Source of the DNA: Lama glama
Lineage: Eukaryota
Assembly (NCBI GenBank): GCA_028534125.1
Contig: CM052816.1
Location: forward strand, 26,538,001-26,602,000
Reading direction: 5' to 3'
DNA length: 64,000 nt
The position numbers and the translations under genes are program-made. Shown in pieces: positions 1-11,295 of the stretch. Position 1 is the stretch's first letter. Every line of letters begins with the position of its first letter. Under the pieces are notes generated by a model. It was not told the origin of the DNA, did no database searches, and worked only from the letters and a program-made list of their open reading frames with translations.

Positions 1-135
1 GTGTATGCAAGCCTGATTCAAAATTCAAAAACCAACTAATATAGTTCATCATGTCAACAGGCTACAGAAGATAGATGCAGAAAAAGCATTTCACAAAATC
101 CAACACTCATTCATTACAAAAACCCTCAGCATTAG
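1..135 (+). mobile_element. Old LINE-1 ORF2 (RT region) fragment
   Basis: Degenerate match to the L1 ORF2 segment encoding IDAEKAFDKIQH (atagatgcagaaaaagcatttcacaaaatccaacac); interrupted by a younger L1 5'UTR at ~136. Confidence 0.85.
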
Positions 136-1500
136 AGAAGATGGCGGAGTAGAAGGACGCTCACAGCTCACCCCTCTCCCACAAATGCACCGAGATTCAC
201 ATCCACAGACCCACTCAGCCAACCAGAGCACCTGAGGAACTCCGACAGAACATCGCCCTCTTCAAAAGATAAAGACACCAAAAATCTGGTAGGAGAAAAG
301 GAAAAAAGAAAGAACAAAAGGCAAAGCAGCGCAGGACGGGTCCCGCGGGGAGGGAGCGGCAAAGGAGGACTGGCGCTCGCTCGCTGGGTCTCCCCTCTCC
401 AACTGAGAGGCCAGCGGGACGGAGGGGGAGCCTCCGAGGCTCGGATCTGTACAGAGCAGCCCTTGTCTGCCAGAACTAAGTTAAACGGGCACAGAGCGTC
501 CCCCCGACACCCAGCCTGAGACGCGGGCCGGCAGCGGCGGGCAGGGCCAGGCTGCACAAGCCAGGCGGAGGACAGGGGCGGCTGCACGGAGGCAGCTCCG
601 GGGGACTGCAAGGGGCTGGACGCCGTGCCTGTGGGTGTACAGGATAGAACAACCTGGGCCCTCCATAAAACAGCAAGGTTGATGTGCTCTCGGGGGAAGG
701 GTGCATACCCCCATCTCTGAAAACCCGCGGAAACTTTTCAGGGGAAGAGAGGCGGGGCCCAGGCACAGCCGCCATATTCTCCAGCGCTTAGCACCCAGGC
801 GGGGGCAGAGACGAAACCTGCATCCGCACCGAAGGGCTCAGCAGCCTCAAGGGCCAGACTGAGGCGGGCCTACAGCCTGGGGCAGGTGGGATCCTTCCAT
901 CCTGGTCCCTCAGAGAACTTGCTCCACAGAGACAAACAAGGAGCTGGGTCTTGGCTCGGAGCAGGGACGAGGCTGCCCCTCGGTCTTCCCAGAGCCCACC
1001 CGCAGAGTGCTGACCAGGGCAGCGGAGCGCGCAGCCACACAGAGCAGCGGAGCTACCGCCGCAGGTAGAGGGAGAGCGGCCCCCCGCCTTTCGGGCAGGA
1101 ACGCAGCCCCTGACCTCCGTGCTGTGAGGGGGAACGACCCGCCCTCCTGCCTGGCCAGTCTGCAACATCTGACTGCGGCATCCGGAGGGGCAGTGACCCG
1201 CCCGCCCACAGCAGAGGAGAGCTGCACCTGACCCAGTGTTGGGAGGAGGCGCGATCTGCTTGCCGACAGGTGCTGGGAGCAGCACAGAAGAGGGCGCCAA
1301 TGGAGGGCCTCTGGAAACAGCAAGCTGAGCTTCCAAAACAGGACGAAGACAGAAAGACTTCACATTAAAGGCACACAGACTCCAGGAGAACACCGACACC
1401 CCCCACCATTTTTTTTTAAATCTGTTTTTACCTGTTCTATTTTCTATTACCCTCTTAATTTTTACCTCTTAATTCATTTCTATTTCTCTTGGGTTTTGAT
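136..1500 (+). mobile_element. Young LINE-1 5'UTR (CpG-rich internal promoter), truncated by assembly gap
   Basis: Starts with YY1-type AAGATGGCGG (138-147), CpG-rich ~1.25 kb, then T-rich tract; first ~150 nt homologous to 30901-31052. Confidence 0.85.
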
Positions 1501-2000
1501 NNNNNNNNNNNNNNNNNNNNNNNNNNNNNNNNNNNNNNNNNNNNNNNNNNNNNNNNNNNNNNNNNNNNNNNNNNNNNNNNNNNNNNNNNNNNNNNNNNNN
1601 NNNNNNNNNNNNNNNNNNNNNNNNNNNNNNNNNNNNNNNNNNNNNNNNNNNNNNNNNNNNNNNNNNNNNNNNNNNNNNNNNNNNNNNNNNNNNNNNNNNN
1701 NNNNNNNNNNNNNNNNNNNNNNNNNNNNNNNNNNNNNNNNNNNNNNNNNNNNNNNNNNNNNNNNNNNNNNNNNNNNNNNNNNNNNNNNNNNNNNNNNNNN
1801 NNNNNNNNNNNNNNNNNNNNNNNNNNNNNNNNNNNNNNNNNNNNNNNNNNNNNNNNNNNNNNNNNNNNNNNNNNNNNNNNNNNNNNNNNNNNNNNNNNNN
1901 NNNNNNNNNNNNNNNNNNNNNNNNNNNNNNNNNNNNNNNNNNNNNNNNNNNNNNNNNNNNNNNNNNNNNNNNNNNNNNNNNNNNNNNNNNNNNNNNNNNN
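1501..2000. other. Assembly gap (500 N)
   Basis: Run of n. Confidence 1.
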
Positions 2001-3235
2001 AAGACTTAAACATAAGACAAGATACAATAAGCCTCCTAGAAGAAAATATAGGCAAAAACATTATCTGACATACATCTCAAAAATGTTCTCCTAGGGCAGT
2101 CTACCCAAGCAATAGTAACAAAAGCAAGAATAAACAAATGGGACCTAATGAAACTTACAAGCTTCTGCACAGCAAAGGAAACCATAAGTAAAACAAAAAG
2201 ACAATGTACGGAATGGGAGAAAATTTTTGTAAATGAAACTGACAAAGGCTTGATCTCCAGAATATATAAGCAGCTCATATGACTTAATAAGAAAAAAACA
2301 AACAACCCAATCCAAAAATGGGCAGAAGACCTAAACAAGCAATTCTCCAAGGAAGACATCCAAATGATCAATAGGCACCTGAAAAACTGTTCAATATTAT
2401 CAGAGAAATGCAAATCAAAACTATAATGAGGTAGCATCTCACACCTGTCAGAATGGCCATCATTCAAAAGTCCACAAATGACAAATGTTGGAGAGGCTGT
2501 GGAGAAAAGGGAACCCTCCTACACTGCTAGTGGGAATGCAGTTTGGTGCAGCCACTGTGGAAAACAGTATGGAGATTCCTCAAAAGACCAGGAATAGACT
2601 TACCATATGACTGAAGAATCCCACTCCTGGGCATATATCCAGAAGGAACCCTACTTCAAAAAGACACCTGCACCCCAATGTTCATAGCAGCACTATTTAC
2701 AATAGCCAAGACATGGAAGCAGCCTAAATGTCCATCAACAGATGACTGGATAAAGATGTGGTATATTTATACAATGGAATACTATTCAGCCATAAAAACT
2801 GACAACATAATGCCATTTGCAGCAACATGGATGTTCCTGGAGAATGTCATTCTAAGTGAAGTAAGCCAGAAAGAGAAAGAAAAATACCATGTGAGATTGC
2901 TCATATGTGGAATCTAAAAACAAAACAAAAACAAAAACAAAAGAAACAGACTCATAGACAGAGAATACAAACTTGTGGTTGCGAAGAGGGCAGTGGGTGG
3001 AAAGGGATAGACTGAGATTTCAAAATGTAGAATAGATAAACAAGATTATACTGTATAGCACAGGGAAATATATACAAGATCTTATGGTAGCTCACAAGAG
3101 AAAAAAATGTGACAGCGAATACATATATGTTCATGTATAACTGAAAAATTGTGCTCTACATTGGAATTTGACACAACGTTGTAAAATGATTATAAATCAA
3201 AAAATGTTAAAAAAGAAGAAAAAAGAAAAGAAAAT
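2001..3235 (+). mobile_element. Young LINE-1 3' ORF2 + 3'UTR + A-rich tail
   Basis: ORF 2678-2917 [26 protein letters not shown]...EYYSAIK is the L1 ORF2 C-terminus; frameshifted; A-rich tail ~3200-3235. Confidence 0.92.
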
Positions 3236-3244
3236 TACTACATC

Positions 3245-3438
3245 TATAGACTAGATAAAAAAGATTATACTGTAGAGCACAGGGAAATATATACAAGATC
3301 TTGTGGTAGCTCACAGCAAAAAAATGTGACAATGAATATATATATGTTCATGTATAACTGAAAAATTGTGCTCTACACTGGAATTTGACACAACATTGTA
3401 AAATAACTATAACTCAATAAAAAATGTTAAAAAAAAAA
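3245..3438 (+). mobile_element. Second L1 3'-end copy (5'-truncated) directly after the first tail
   Basis: Near-duplicate of 3030-3215 ending AATAAAAAATGTT + poly(A). Confidence 0.85.
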
Positions 3439-3449
3439 GTTACAGCCTT

Positions 3450-4130
3450 TGAACAATAAGTACATAAATATATCCAATAAGTACATAAAAAGATGCTTAA
3501 TAGCAATAGTCATTAAAATGCAAATTAAATCCACAATGAGATATTACTACACAACAGTTAATACCGTTAAAATTAAATATACTTAATAGACTAAATAAAC
3601 TAAGTAGATCAATCAGCTTCTAGGTGTTTACTCAAGAAATAAAGCATATGTCCACACAAACACTTGTAAACAAAAGTTCATAGAAGCTTCATTTGTAGCC
3701 AAATGTTTATTAGCATGAGAATGGAGAAATTATGGCATATCCATACAGTGGAATACTATTCCCCAATTAAAAGGAATAAGTTAGTGATAGATGCAACAAG
3801 GATTAATCTCAAAGTAGAGTGTATGCACAGACTGAAAGAAGTCCAAACAAAAACAGAGAGTTCTTATAAGTTAAAATTAACCTATAGTGACAGAAAGCAG
3901 ATCACCAGTCGATTTGTATTAAGGTTAAGAAACATGAAAGAAAAGGAACAGAGTGGAGGAATTATAAAGTGATACAAGGAAACTTTTAGGGGTAACGGAT
4001 ATATTCATTATCTTGATTAAGGTGACGATTTCACTAGTTTATAACATATGTCAAAACTTCCTGAACTGTATACTTTAAATGTTTGCTGTTTATTTTATGT
4101 CAATTATACCTTAATAAAGCTGTTAAATTT
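3450..4130 (+). mobile_element. Old L1M (L1MC/ME-like) 3' end
   Basis: aaatgcaaattaaatccacaatgagatattac...; ends gtcaattataccttaataaagctg. Confidence 0.75.
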
Positions 4131-4256
4131 TTCAAAATAGCACTATTAGAACAACAGCTGCGAAGGTATTCTTGGTTGTTTCCTCAACCATATTAAGTTT
4201 TTAATATACTATTCAGTATAGTGATAATGTATCTATTGTCCATATTACGGCATATA

Positions 4257-4475
4257 TAGTTGACCCTTGAACAACATGGATTTGAACTGTGCAGATCCAC
4301 TTACATGTGGACTTTTTTCAATAAACACACACTACAGTACTACATGATGAATGGTTGGTGGATTCTACAGATGGTTGATTCCACAGCAGAACACTGGATA
4401 CAGACTGCCAACCATAAAGTTCAGTTGTGGGGAAGGTCAGGGCCTCTAATTCCTGCATTGCTCAAGGATCAACTG
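4257..4475. mobile_element. Tigger2-family MITE (TcMar DNA transposon)
   Basis: TIRs tagttgacccttgaacaac / cattgctcaaggatcaactg flanked by TA. Confidence 0.85.
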
Positions 4476-4610
4476 TACTTTTTTCCATCTAAGTGGATTT
4501 CCCAGATAACTGAGGCTTAGCGTTTACCACACTGAAAATTGCTTATTTTAACTATTTTAAAGATAAACATTTATTTAATGTATTACAGTCATCTTTGCTT
4601 TTTGAAACAG

Positions 4611-4650
4611 AGAATACAGAAACAAGTAGTTTATGACAGCTGTAGCAGAG
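4611..4650 (+). CDS. Candidate 40-nt penultimate exon of an unidentified + strand gene
   Basis: Acceptor atctttgctttttgaaacag, donor GAG|gtagaa, in a unique island among L1s; reads xNTETSSL* (TGA 4634-4636) or RIQKQVVYDSCSR. Confidence 0.35.
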
Positions 4651-5199
4651 GTAGAAAAGCACTATATTTGAAGTTATTTGCTATTATGTACTAGTTTATA
4701 TTTGCTGCCCTTTACAGGAAATTGCAGATGAGTTACAAAATTAAACTTAATTCAAAAGGAAGTAACAAATAACTGAAGGAATCAAGACGAGAGAAAAATA
4801 CAGAATGGCAAATACTAATGCCAGAGAAAATATTAGTGAGAAAGGACATAGTCATAATTAAGTGTCTTCCTGTTAAGTGACAGAAAATTCAGTTTTCAAA
4901 GTGCCTAGGCACTAAAGAGGCTATAACCACCACACTAACAACAATGGCAGTAATGAAATGGGAATGGTCTTGAGATTAACTTCATTAGTATTCTCTCTGT
5001 ATGTTGTTATCTTTGCTTCTGTGCACATGAAGACTCCTTCTTTCCACACATTAAGGGGTGAAAAAATAAGGATGTAGAAGATCTAAATATTATTAATAAG
5101 ATAGATATAATACACGTGTGCATTTTATATCCAGAAAACAGTAAATAAACCTTTACAAGTTCACTGGAAATAAGCAGAAAAACTGAGTGCATATTAAGC

Positions 5200-5683
5200 C
5201 ATAGAAAAGTTGCAGGACACAAAATTAACATAAAAATTCAGTAGTGTTTCTATACACTAGAAACTATCTGACATGAAGAAATTGATCCCATTTCCTACAG
5301 CATCACAAACAATAATATTCTTAGAAATAAATTTAACCAAAGAGGTCAGGTATCTTCTACAATGAAAACTACAAGGCAGTGATGAAAGAAATCAAAGAAG
5401 ACACAAATAATGGGAAGATATTTCATGCTCATGGATTGGAAGAATTAATATTTTTTAAATGTCAATATTACCAAAAGCTATCTATAGGTTCAATGTAATT
5501 CCTGTCAAGATTCCACTGGCAATTTTTACAGAAGTAGAAAACAACACTCCTAATATTTACATGGAACTACCCAAGACCCCAAATATCTGAAGCAATCCTG
5601 AGAAAGAACAAACTGGTAGGCATCTCACTTTTTGATTTCAAGCTATATTATAATGTTATATTAATTAGAACAGTATAGTACTC
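5200..5683 (+). mobile_element. L1 ORF2 fragment (left part; continues at ~6150)
   Basis: aaagttgcaggacacaaaattaac...catgctcatggattggaagaattaata (PCSWIGRIN-type motif). Confidence 0.85.
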
Positions 5684-5745
5684 TGTGAGCAACTAGCAAG
5701 TTCAGGCATATGTGTACCTCTCTTTCCCATGCTGAATTTTCAATT

Positions 5746-5757
5746 AAAAGGACTTGT

Positions 5758-5790
<33 letters not shown>

Positions 5791-5798
5791 ACTTGTCA
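5746..5798 (+). mobile_element. Poly(A)-only retrotransposition insertion with 14-bp TSD
   Basis: aaaaggacttgtca at 5746-5759 and 5785-5798 flanking a pure A run; TT/AAAA L1-EN site. Confidence 0.8.
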
Positions 5799-5989
5799 TT
5801 AGATCCATTAGCTTTGAAAATAGGTTTGCTGAACCCAACTCCCTGGCTTGATAGGCAATATTTTGCAAATTTAAATGTAATTTGCAGAATTGCAAGTATA
5901 CTTTTATTTCCTGAAGTCTGTAAAGAAAATAAATGTCCTTGTTCGAGGAAAGAATCATAAGGCACTATGAAGTTTCTTTTTTTTCTTAC

Positions 5990-6150
5990 TTATTCTCACC
6001 ACAGAAAACAAATGATAATTATCTGTCATGACAGAGATACATAACTAACATTATGGTGGCAATCATATTGCAATATACAAACTTATCAGATCAATGTGTT
6101 GTACACTCTATACTTACACAATGGTATATGTCAGGTATATCCCAATAAAA
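5990..6150 (+). mobile_element. L1MA9-like 3' end fragment
   Basis: ttctcaccac...ggtggcaatcatattgcaatatacaa...cccaataaaa. Confidence 0.75.
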
Positions 6151-6690
6151 TAGATACAAGATAGACAGATAATAACAAAACAACTTAATCCCTGGAATCT
6201 GTTAAGTGCCCATGCATATACAGTCAAATAATATTTGACAATGGATCCAAGCATACTCTGTGGAAAAAAGACAGTCCCTTCAGTAAATGGTGCTGGGGAA
6301 ACTGGATACTCATAGTTAAAAGAATGAAACTGTATCCTTATCTCACACTATTGACAAAAGTTAAATTGAAATGGATTAAAGACTTAAATTTAAGAGGGAA
6401 AACGATAAAACTTCTAGAGGAAATCATAAGGTAAAAGCTCTTTTACATGGGTCATATAATTTTTTCAACATAACACCTAAGGTCCAAGCATCAAAATGAA
6501 AAATAAGCAAGTGGGATGATATCAAACTAAAAAGCTTCTGAATAGCAAAAGAAATAATTAAAAAAAGAAAAGAGAACACAACCTAAGGAATGGGAAAAAT
6601 ATTTGCAGACCACATAAACCTGGTAAGGGGTTAATATCCAAAATACATAGAGAACTTATACAATTCAATAGCAAAAAACAATCAACCAAT
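6150..6690 (+). mobile_element. L1 ORF2 fragment (right part of 5200 element)
   Basis: cttcagtaaatggtgctggggaaactgg; aaactaaaaagcttctg. Confidence 0.85.
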
Positions 6691-6699
6691 GATTACAAG

Positions 6700-6845
6700 G
6701 AAAATAAGTTTTTCTTTTTTTTATCTATATGATAGATGATAACTAAACTTACTGTGATAATCATTTCACAATATACGTAAGTCAAATCATGCTGTATGTT
6801 TTAAACAGTGCTATGTTGATCAAATGTCTATACAACTATAAGAAA
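6700..6845 (+). mobile_element. L1MB-like 3' end fragment
   Basis: aactaaacttactgtgataatcatttcacaatatacgtaagtcaaatcat. Confidence 0.65.
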
Positions 6846-6849
6846 GCAA

Positions 6850-9800
6850 ATATTGAGTAAAAAATTCAAAATTATATTAAATATGCTTAAAAAGTTAAAG
6901 AACATGATCAAGGGACTAAAGGAAATCATGAAAGCCATAATCAACATGAGAATATCAACAAAGAGAAATAAAAAGAAACCAAAAAGAAATTCTGGTCCGA
7001 GAAATACAGTAACTGAATTAAGAAATACACTAGAAGTGTTCAACTGCCTACTCAAATGTATAAAAGAAAGAAAATCAGCAAATTTTAAGACAGGTCATTT
7101 GAAATGATCAATTCTGAGGAGGAAAAATATGTAGAAAGTAAACAGAGTCTAAGAAGTGTACAGGATATCATTAAGGAGATCAATATCCACATTTTAGGAG
7201 TTCAGACGAATAAGAGAACAGGACAATAATTTCATGTGAAGAAATAATAGCCGAATTTGAGGAAATACATGGAGACACATATAAAAAGATAAAAGACCTC
7301 TAAGTAGGAAAAACCTATTACAAACTATTGAAAATCAATGACAAAGAAAAAGTCTTCAAAGTAGCAAGAGAAGAGTGACAAATCACACACAAGGAATCCT
7401 CTGTAAGAGCCAAAGCAGAGCTCTTAACAGAAACCTTGGAGGCTAAAAGGCATTAGAATGACCAATTTAAAGTCCTGCAAGAAAGAGAAAACAGCCAACC
7501 AAGAATTCAATATGCAGTAAAACTATCCTCAAAAATCAAGGAGAAATGAACACTATTCTGAAATAATCAAAGCTAAGGGAGCTCATTACCACTAGAACTG
7601 CACTACAGAAAATGCTAAAGGGAATTCTTCAACTTGAAATGAAAGGACATCAGACAACAACTTGAAGACATAGGAAAATATAAAGTTCTCCAGTAAAGGC
7701 AAATACATGAACAAAGATAAAACCAGTATTTTTAAAAAGGATTTAAAAGATAAAAACATAAAAATTATATATCTATGTTAATGGGTAGTAATACATAAAT
7801 ATGCAATTTGTGATATCAATAACATAAAGCTGGGTGGGGGTAGCCATAAAGCAGAAATTTTTCCCCTTCAGCTTTATTGAGGTATAATTGGCAAAAAAAA
7901 GGAACAGAGTTTTTTATGTAACTGAAGTTATTATAACCACAAAGAAAATACCTACAGTATGTACACAAAAAGGAAATGAGAAGGGTACTAAAATGCATCA
8001 CTAGAAAGAAAATGAACAAAACACCAAAGAAGGCAATATGGAAACAAACAAACAAAAAACCTGTAAGATATACAGAAAACAAATAGCAAAATGGTAATAA
8101 TAAATCTTCCTACCAGTAATTACTTTAAATGTAAATAGGTTAGACTTCTCTATCAAAAGAACAGATTGGCAAAATGGGTTAAAGAAAAAGAAGCAACTGT
8201 GTTCTGTCTACAGGAGACTCAATTTAGATCTAAGGACACACACACATTGAAAGTTAAAGGATAAAAAAAAGATACTCTATGCGAACAGTAACTGAAAGAG
8301 AGTAAGTACAGATACTAACTAATATAATATAAAATAGATAAACAACAAGTTTATACTGTACAGCACAGGGAACTATATTCAATATCTTGTAGTAAGTTAT
8401 GGTGAAAAAGAATATGAAAATGAATATATGTATGTTCATGTACAACAAGCATTATGCTGTACATCAGAAATTGATACATTGTAAACTGACTATACTTTAA
8501 TAAAAATATACATATACAAAAATTTTTTTAATTAATGGGAGTTAGAATGGCTAAAATTATATCTGATAAAATAGACTTTAAGCCAAAATCTGTCATGAGA
8601 GTCAAAGAAAGGATTTACATATTAATAAAAGGATTAATTCACCAAGAAGATATAACAATCATAAATATTTACGCACTGAACCCTAGAGCTCCTAAAAACA
8701 TGAAGCAAACTTTGACAGAATCGAAGGGAGAAAATATAAATACAGTAATAGTATGAGACTTCAATAGTCCACTTTTGATAACAGATAGGAAAATGAGACA
8801 GGAGATCGATAAGGAAATAGATGACGTGACCAACACTGCAGGCCAATTTGATCTAACAGACAAACAGTGAACACTCCACTCAGACATATATTCTTCTCAA
8901 GTACACACGAAACATTCTACTAGGCTACAAATCAAATTTACCAAAACTGAGATTATACAAAGTCTTTTGCTATCACAATAAAATGAAACAGGAATCAATA
9001 ACAAAAGGAAATCTGGAAAACTCATTTATATGTGGAAATAATACTTTCTTAAACAACCAATAGGTCAAAGAAGAAATAATAAAATAAATTAGAAAACATC
9101 ATGAGACAAATGAAAATCAAAACAAAGCATACCAAAATTTACAGGATGCAGTAAAAGCAGTGCTAAGAGGAAATTTTATAGCTATAAACGCTTACATTTA
9201 AAAAGAAGATATCAAATCAGTAACCTAACTTTATACCCTAAGTAACTAAAAAAAGAGTAAACAAGAGCCAAAGCTAACAGAAAAAAGAAAATATTAGAGC
9301 AGATAAACAAAGGGAAGAAAAACAGTAGAGAAAAATCAATGAAATCAAGAGTTGATTCTTTATAATGATCAATAAAATTGGTAAACTTTTAGTTAGACTG
9401 ATGAAGAAAAAACACTCCAGACCTCCAGTGACCAAAGTCAGGAATGAAAGAGGGGACATTTCTACTTATTTTGCATAAATAAAAAAAACTATAGACATAA
9501 ACCATAGACAACTATAAAAATAAAACTGGATAACTTAAATGAAACAGATAAATTGCTAGAAATGGACAATTTACCAAGACTATATCACAAATAAAAGTAT
9601 GAATAAAACTTTAGCTAGTAAAGAACTGAACCAGTAATAAAAAAAATCTCTCCCACCAAAAAAAAAAGCCCAGGAAGCCCAGATGGCTTCCAAATATTTA
9701 AATTAAGACCAATCATCTGAAAACTCTTCCAAAAAAGTGAAGTGGGTAGAAAACTTCTAAACTCATTCTGTGAGACAGCATTAACCAAATAACAAAACCA

Positions 9801-9990
9801 GACAAAGGCACTACAAGAAAACTGCAAATTAATATCCTTGATGAGTAATAATGGAAAAATCCTCAATAAAATACTAGTGAACCTAATTCAACAACATGTT
9901 AAAAGGATTATAAGCTATGGCCACATGGGATTTATTCCTAAATGCAACGATAGTTCAATATACGAAAAATCAATGTAATACATTACTTTA
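6850..9990 (+). mobile_element. Older L1 spanning ORF1, inter-ORF region and ORF2 endonuclease to start of RT; degraded
   Basis: ORF1 motifs (~7150-7650); ORF2 start region taattactttaaatgtaaat ~8117; ORF 8535-8756 SDKIDFK...HQEDITIINIYA is the L1 endonuclease. Confidence 0.85.
8303..8535 (+). mobile_element. Young L1 3'UTR end nested in older L1 ORF2
   Basis: gatactaactaatataatataaaatagataaacaacaag...; closely similar to 31053-31243. Confidence 0.85.
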
Positions 9991-10259
9991 AAGAGAAGGA
10001 CACAAAGAAGGACAAAAACAGAAGTCTATCCCTTCCCCTTTAACTCTCTTGGCTCATCCAGCCAATGGGAAGAGCTAGAGCCAGGAAGAGGAAGGAGATA
10101 AAGCTTCCTAGAAACTAATATGGCCACAGTCTAAGGAGCTACTGGGTGGCTAAAGCCTGGAGTGAAAGTGCAACCAGGAAGACTCCCCTAGCTCACAGGC
10201 CTCGTCTGAGCTGGAAGCAGGCTGGAGACTTACCACCTGGTGAGTAACTGAGTCATTTT

Positions 10260-10500
10260 TAAAGTAATTTTATTTTTTCAAAATGTAATACATTTACATG
10301 TTTCAATATTCAAAGTAACTGAAGGTTACAGGAAGAAAAGTCTACCTCCCACACCAGTGTGCCAGCAAAACAGGGGCTCCCCAGTCCTCACCAAATAAAA
10401 CCCAGCATGTTCAGATTCTTTGCATCCTTCCAGAGGTATTATTCTGCACAGGTACAAGCAACAATGACTGTTAAGTGTGTGTGTTTTTTTTTTCCCATAT
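10260..10500 (-). mobile_element. Old L1ME-like 3' end fragment
   Basis: ttattttttcaaaatgtaatacatttacatg...gaaaagtctacctccc pattern. Confidence 0.5.
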
Positions 10501-10509
10501 AAAAAATAG

Positions 10510-11295
10510 GAAATGACCATAATAAGATACTTCTACCCACCTACCAGAAAGGATAAAATAAAAAAGATTGACTCCACAAAGTGTTGACATAAATGTGGTA
10601 ACTAGAGTCCTCATATACACTGGCTGAGAGTGTAAAATGTCACAACTACTTTCAAAGTGTCTGGCGGTTTTTAACAAAGTTAAACATATACAATCCTATG
10701 ACTCAGCAGTTTCACTTGTAGCCAGCCATCTACTCAAGAAAATTGAATGCAGATGTGCACAAAAGATTTGTACAAGTTGTTCATGGTCGCTTTATTCATA
10801 GTATCCCAAAATAAAAAATAACACAAACCCATCTACAGCAGACTGGACTAAATTACAAATACTCACACAACAGAATACCACTCAAAAACACCATAAAGAA
10901 AAAGAATGAACTGCTGATATATGAAACAACATGGACGGATTTCAGAAACATTAGGTGAGTGAAAGAAGCCAGACATTATATGGTATGATTCCATTTACAT
11001 GAAACATAAGAATAGGCAAAACTAATTGATGATGATAGAAGTCAGAACAGTGTTGATGTTTTGTTTCGAGAGGAGGGGAGCGAGGGATATCGCCTCGAGA
11101 GAAATTTCTGGGAGGAGGAATGTTCTAGTTCTTGTTCTGAGTGGTGATCACATGGGTAGGTACATAGGTACAAATGTATTTATACAATTTACACACTATA
11201 CTGTGTAATCCACTGTAGAGTTCTCAATTTTCTTGATGTAATCCCTAATATTTTTACATCTTACTGTATGTGAATTATATCTTAATAAAGTGCCA
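10510..11295 (+). mobile_element. Old L1ME/MC 3' end
   Basis: ctatgactcagcagtttcact; gagtgaaagaagccagaca; tgattccatttacatg; ends tatatcttaataaag. Confidence 0.8.

Noticed and set aside
168..1399. Several 60-200 aa ORFs on both strands
   Set aside because: They lie in the GC-rich L1 5'UTR where stop codons are rare; no recognisable domain
1455..2094. Long ORFs of X residues
   Set aside because: Artefacts of the N gap
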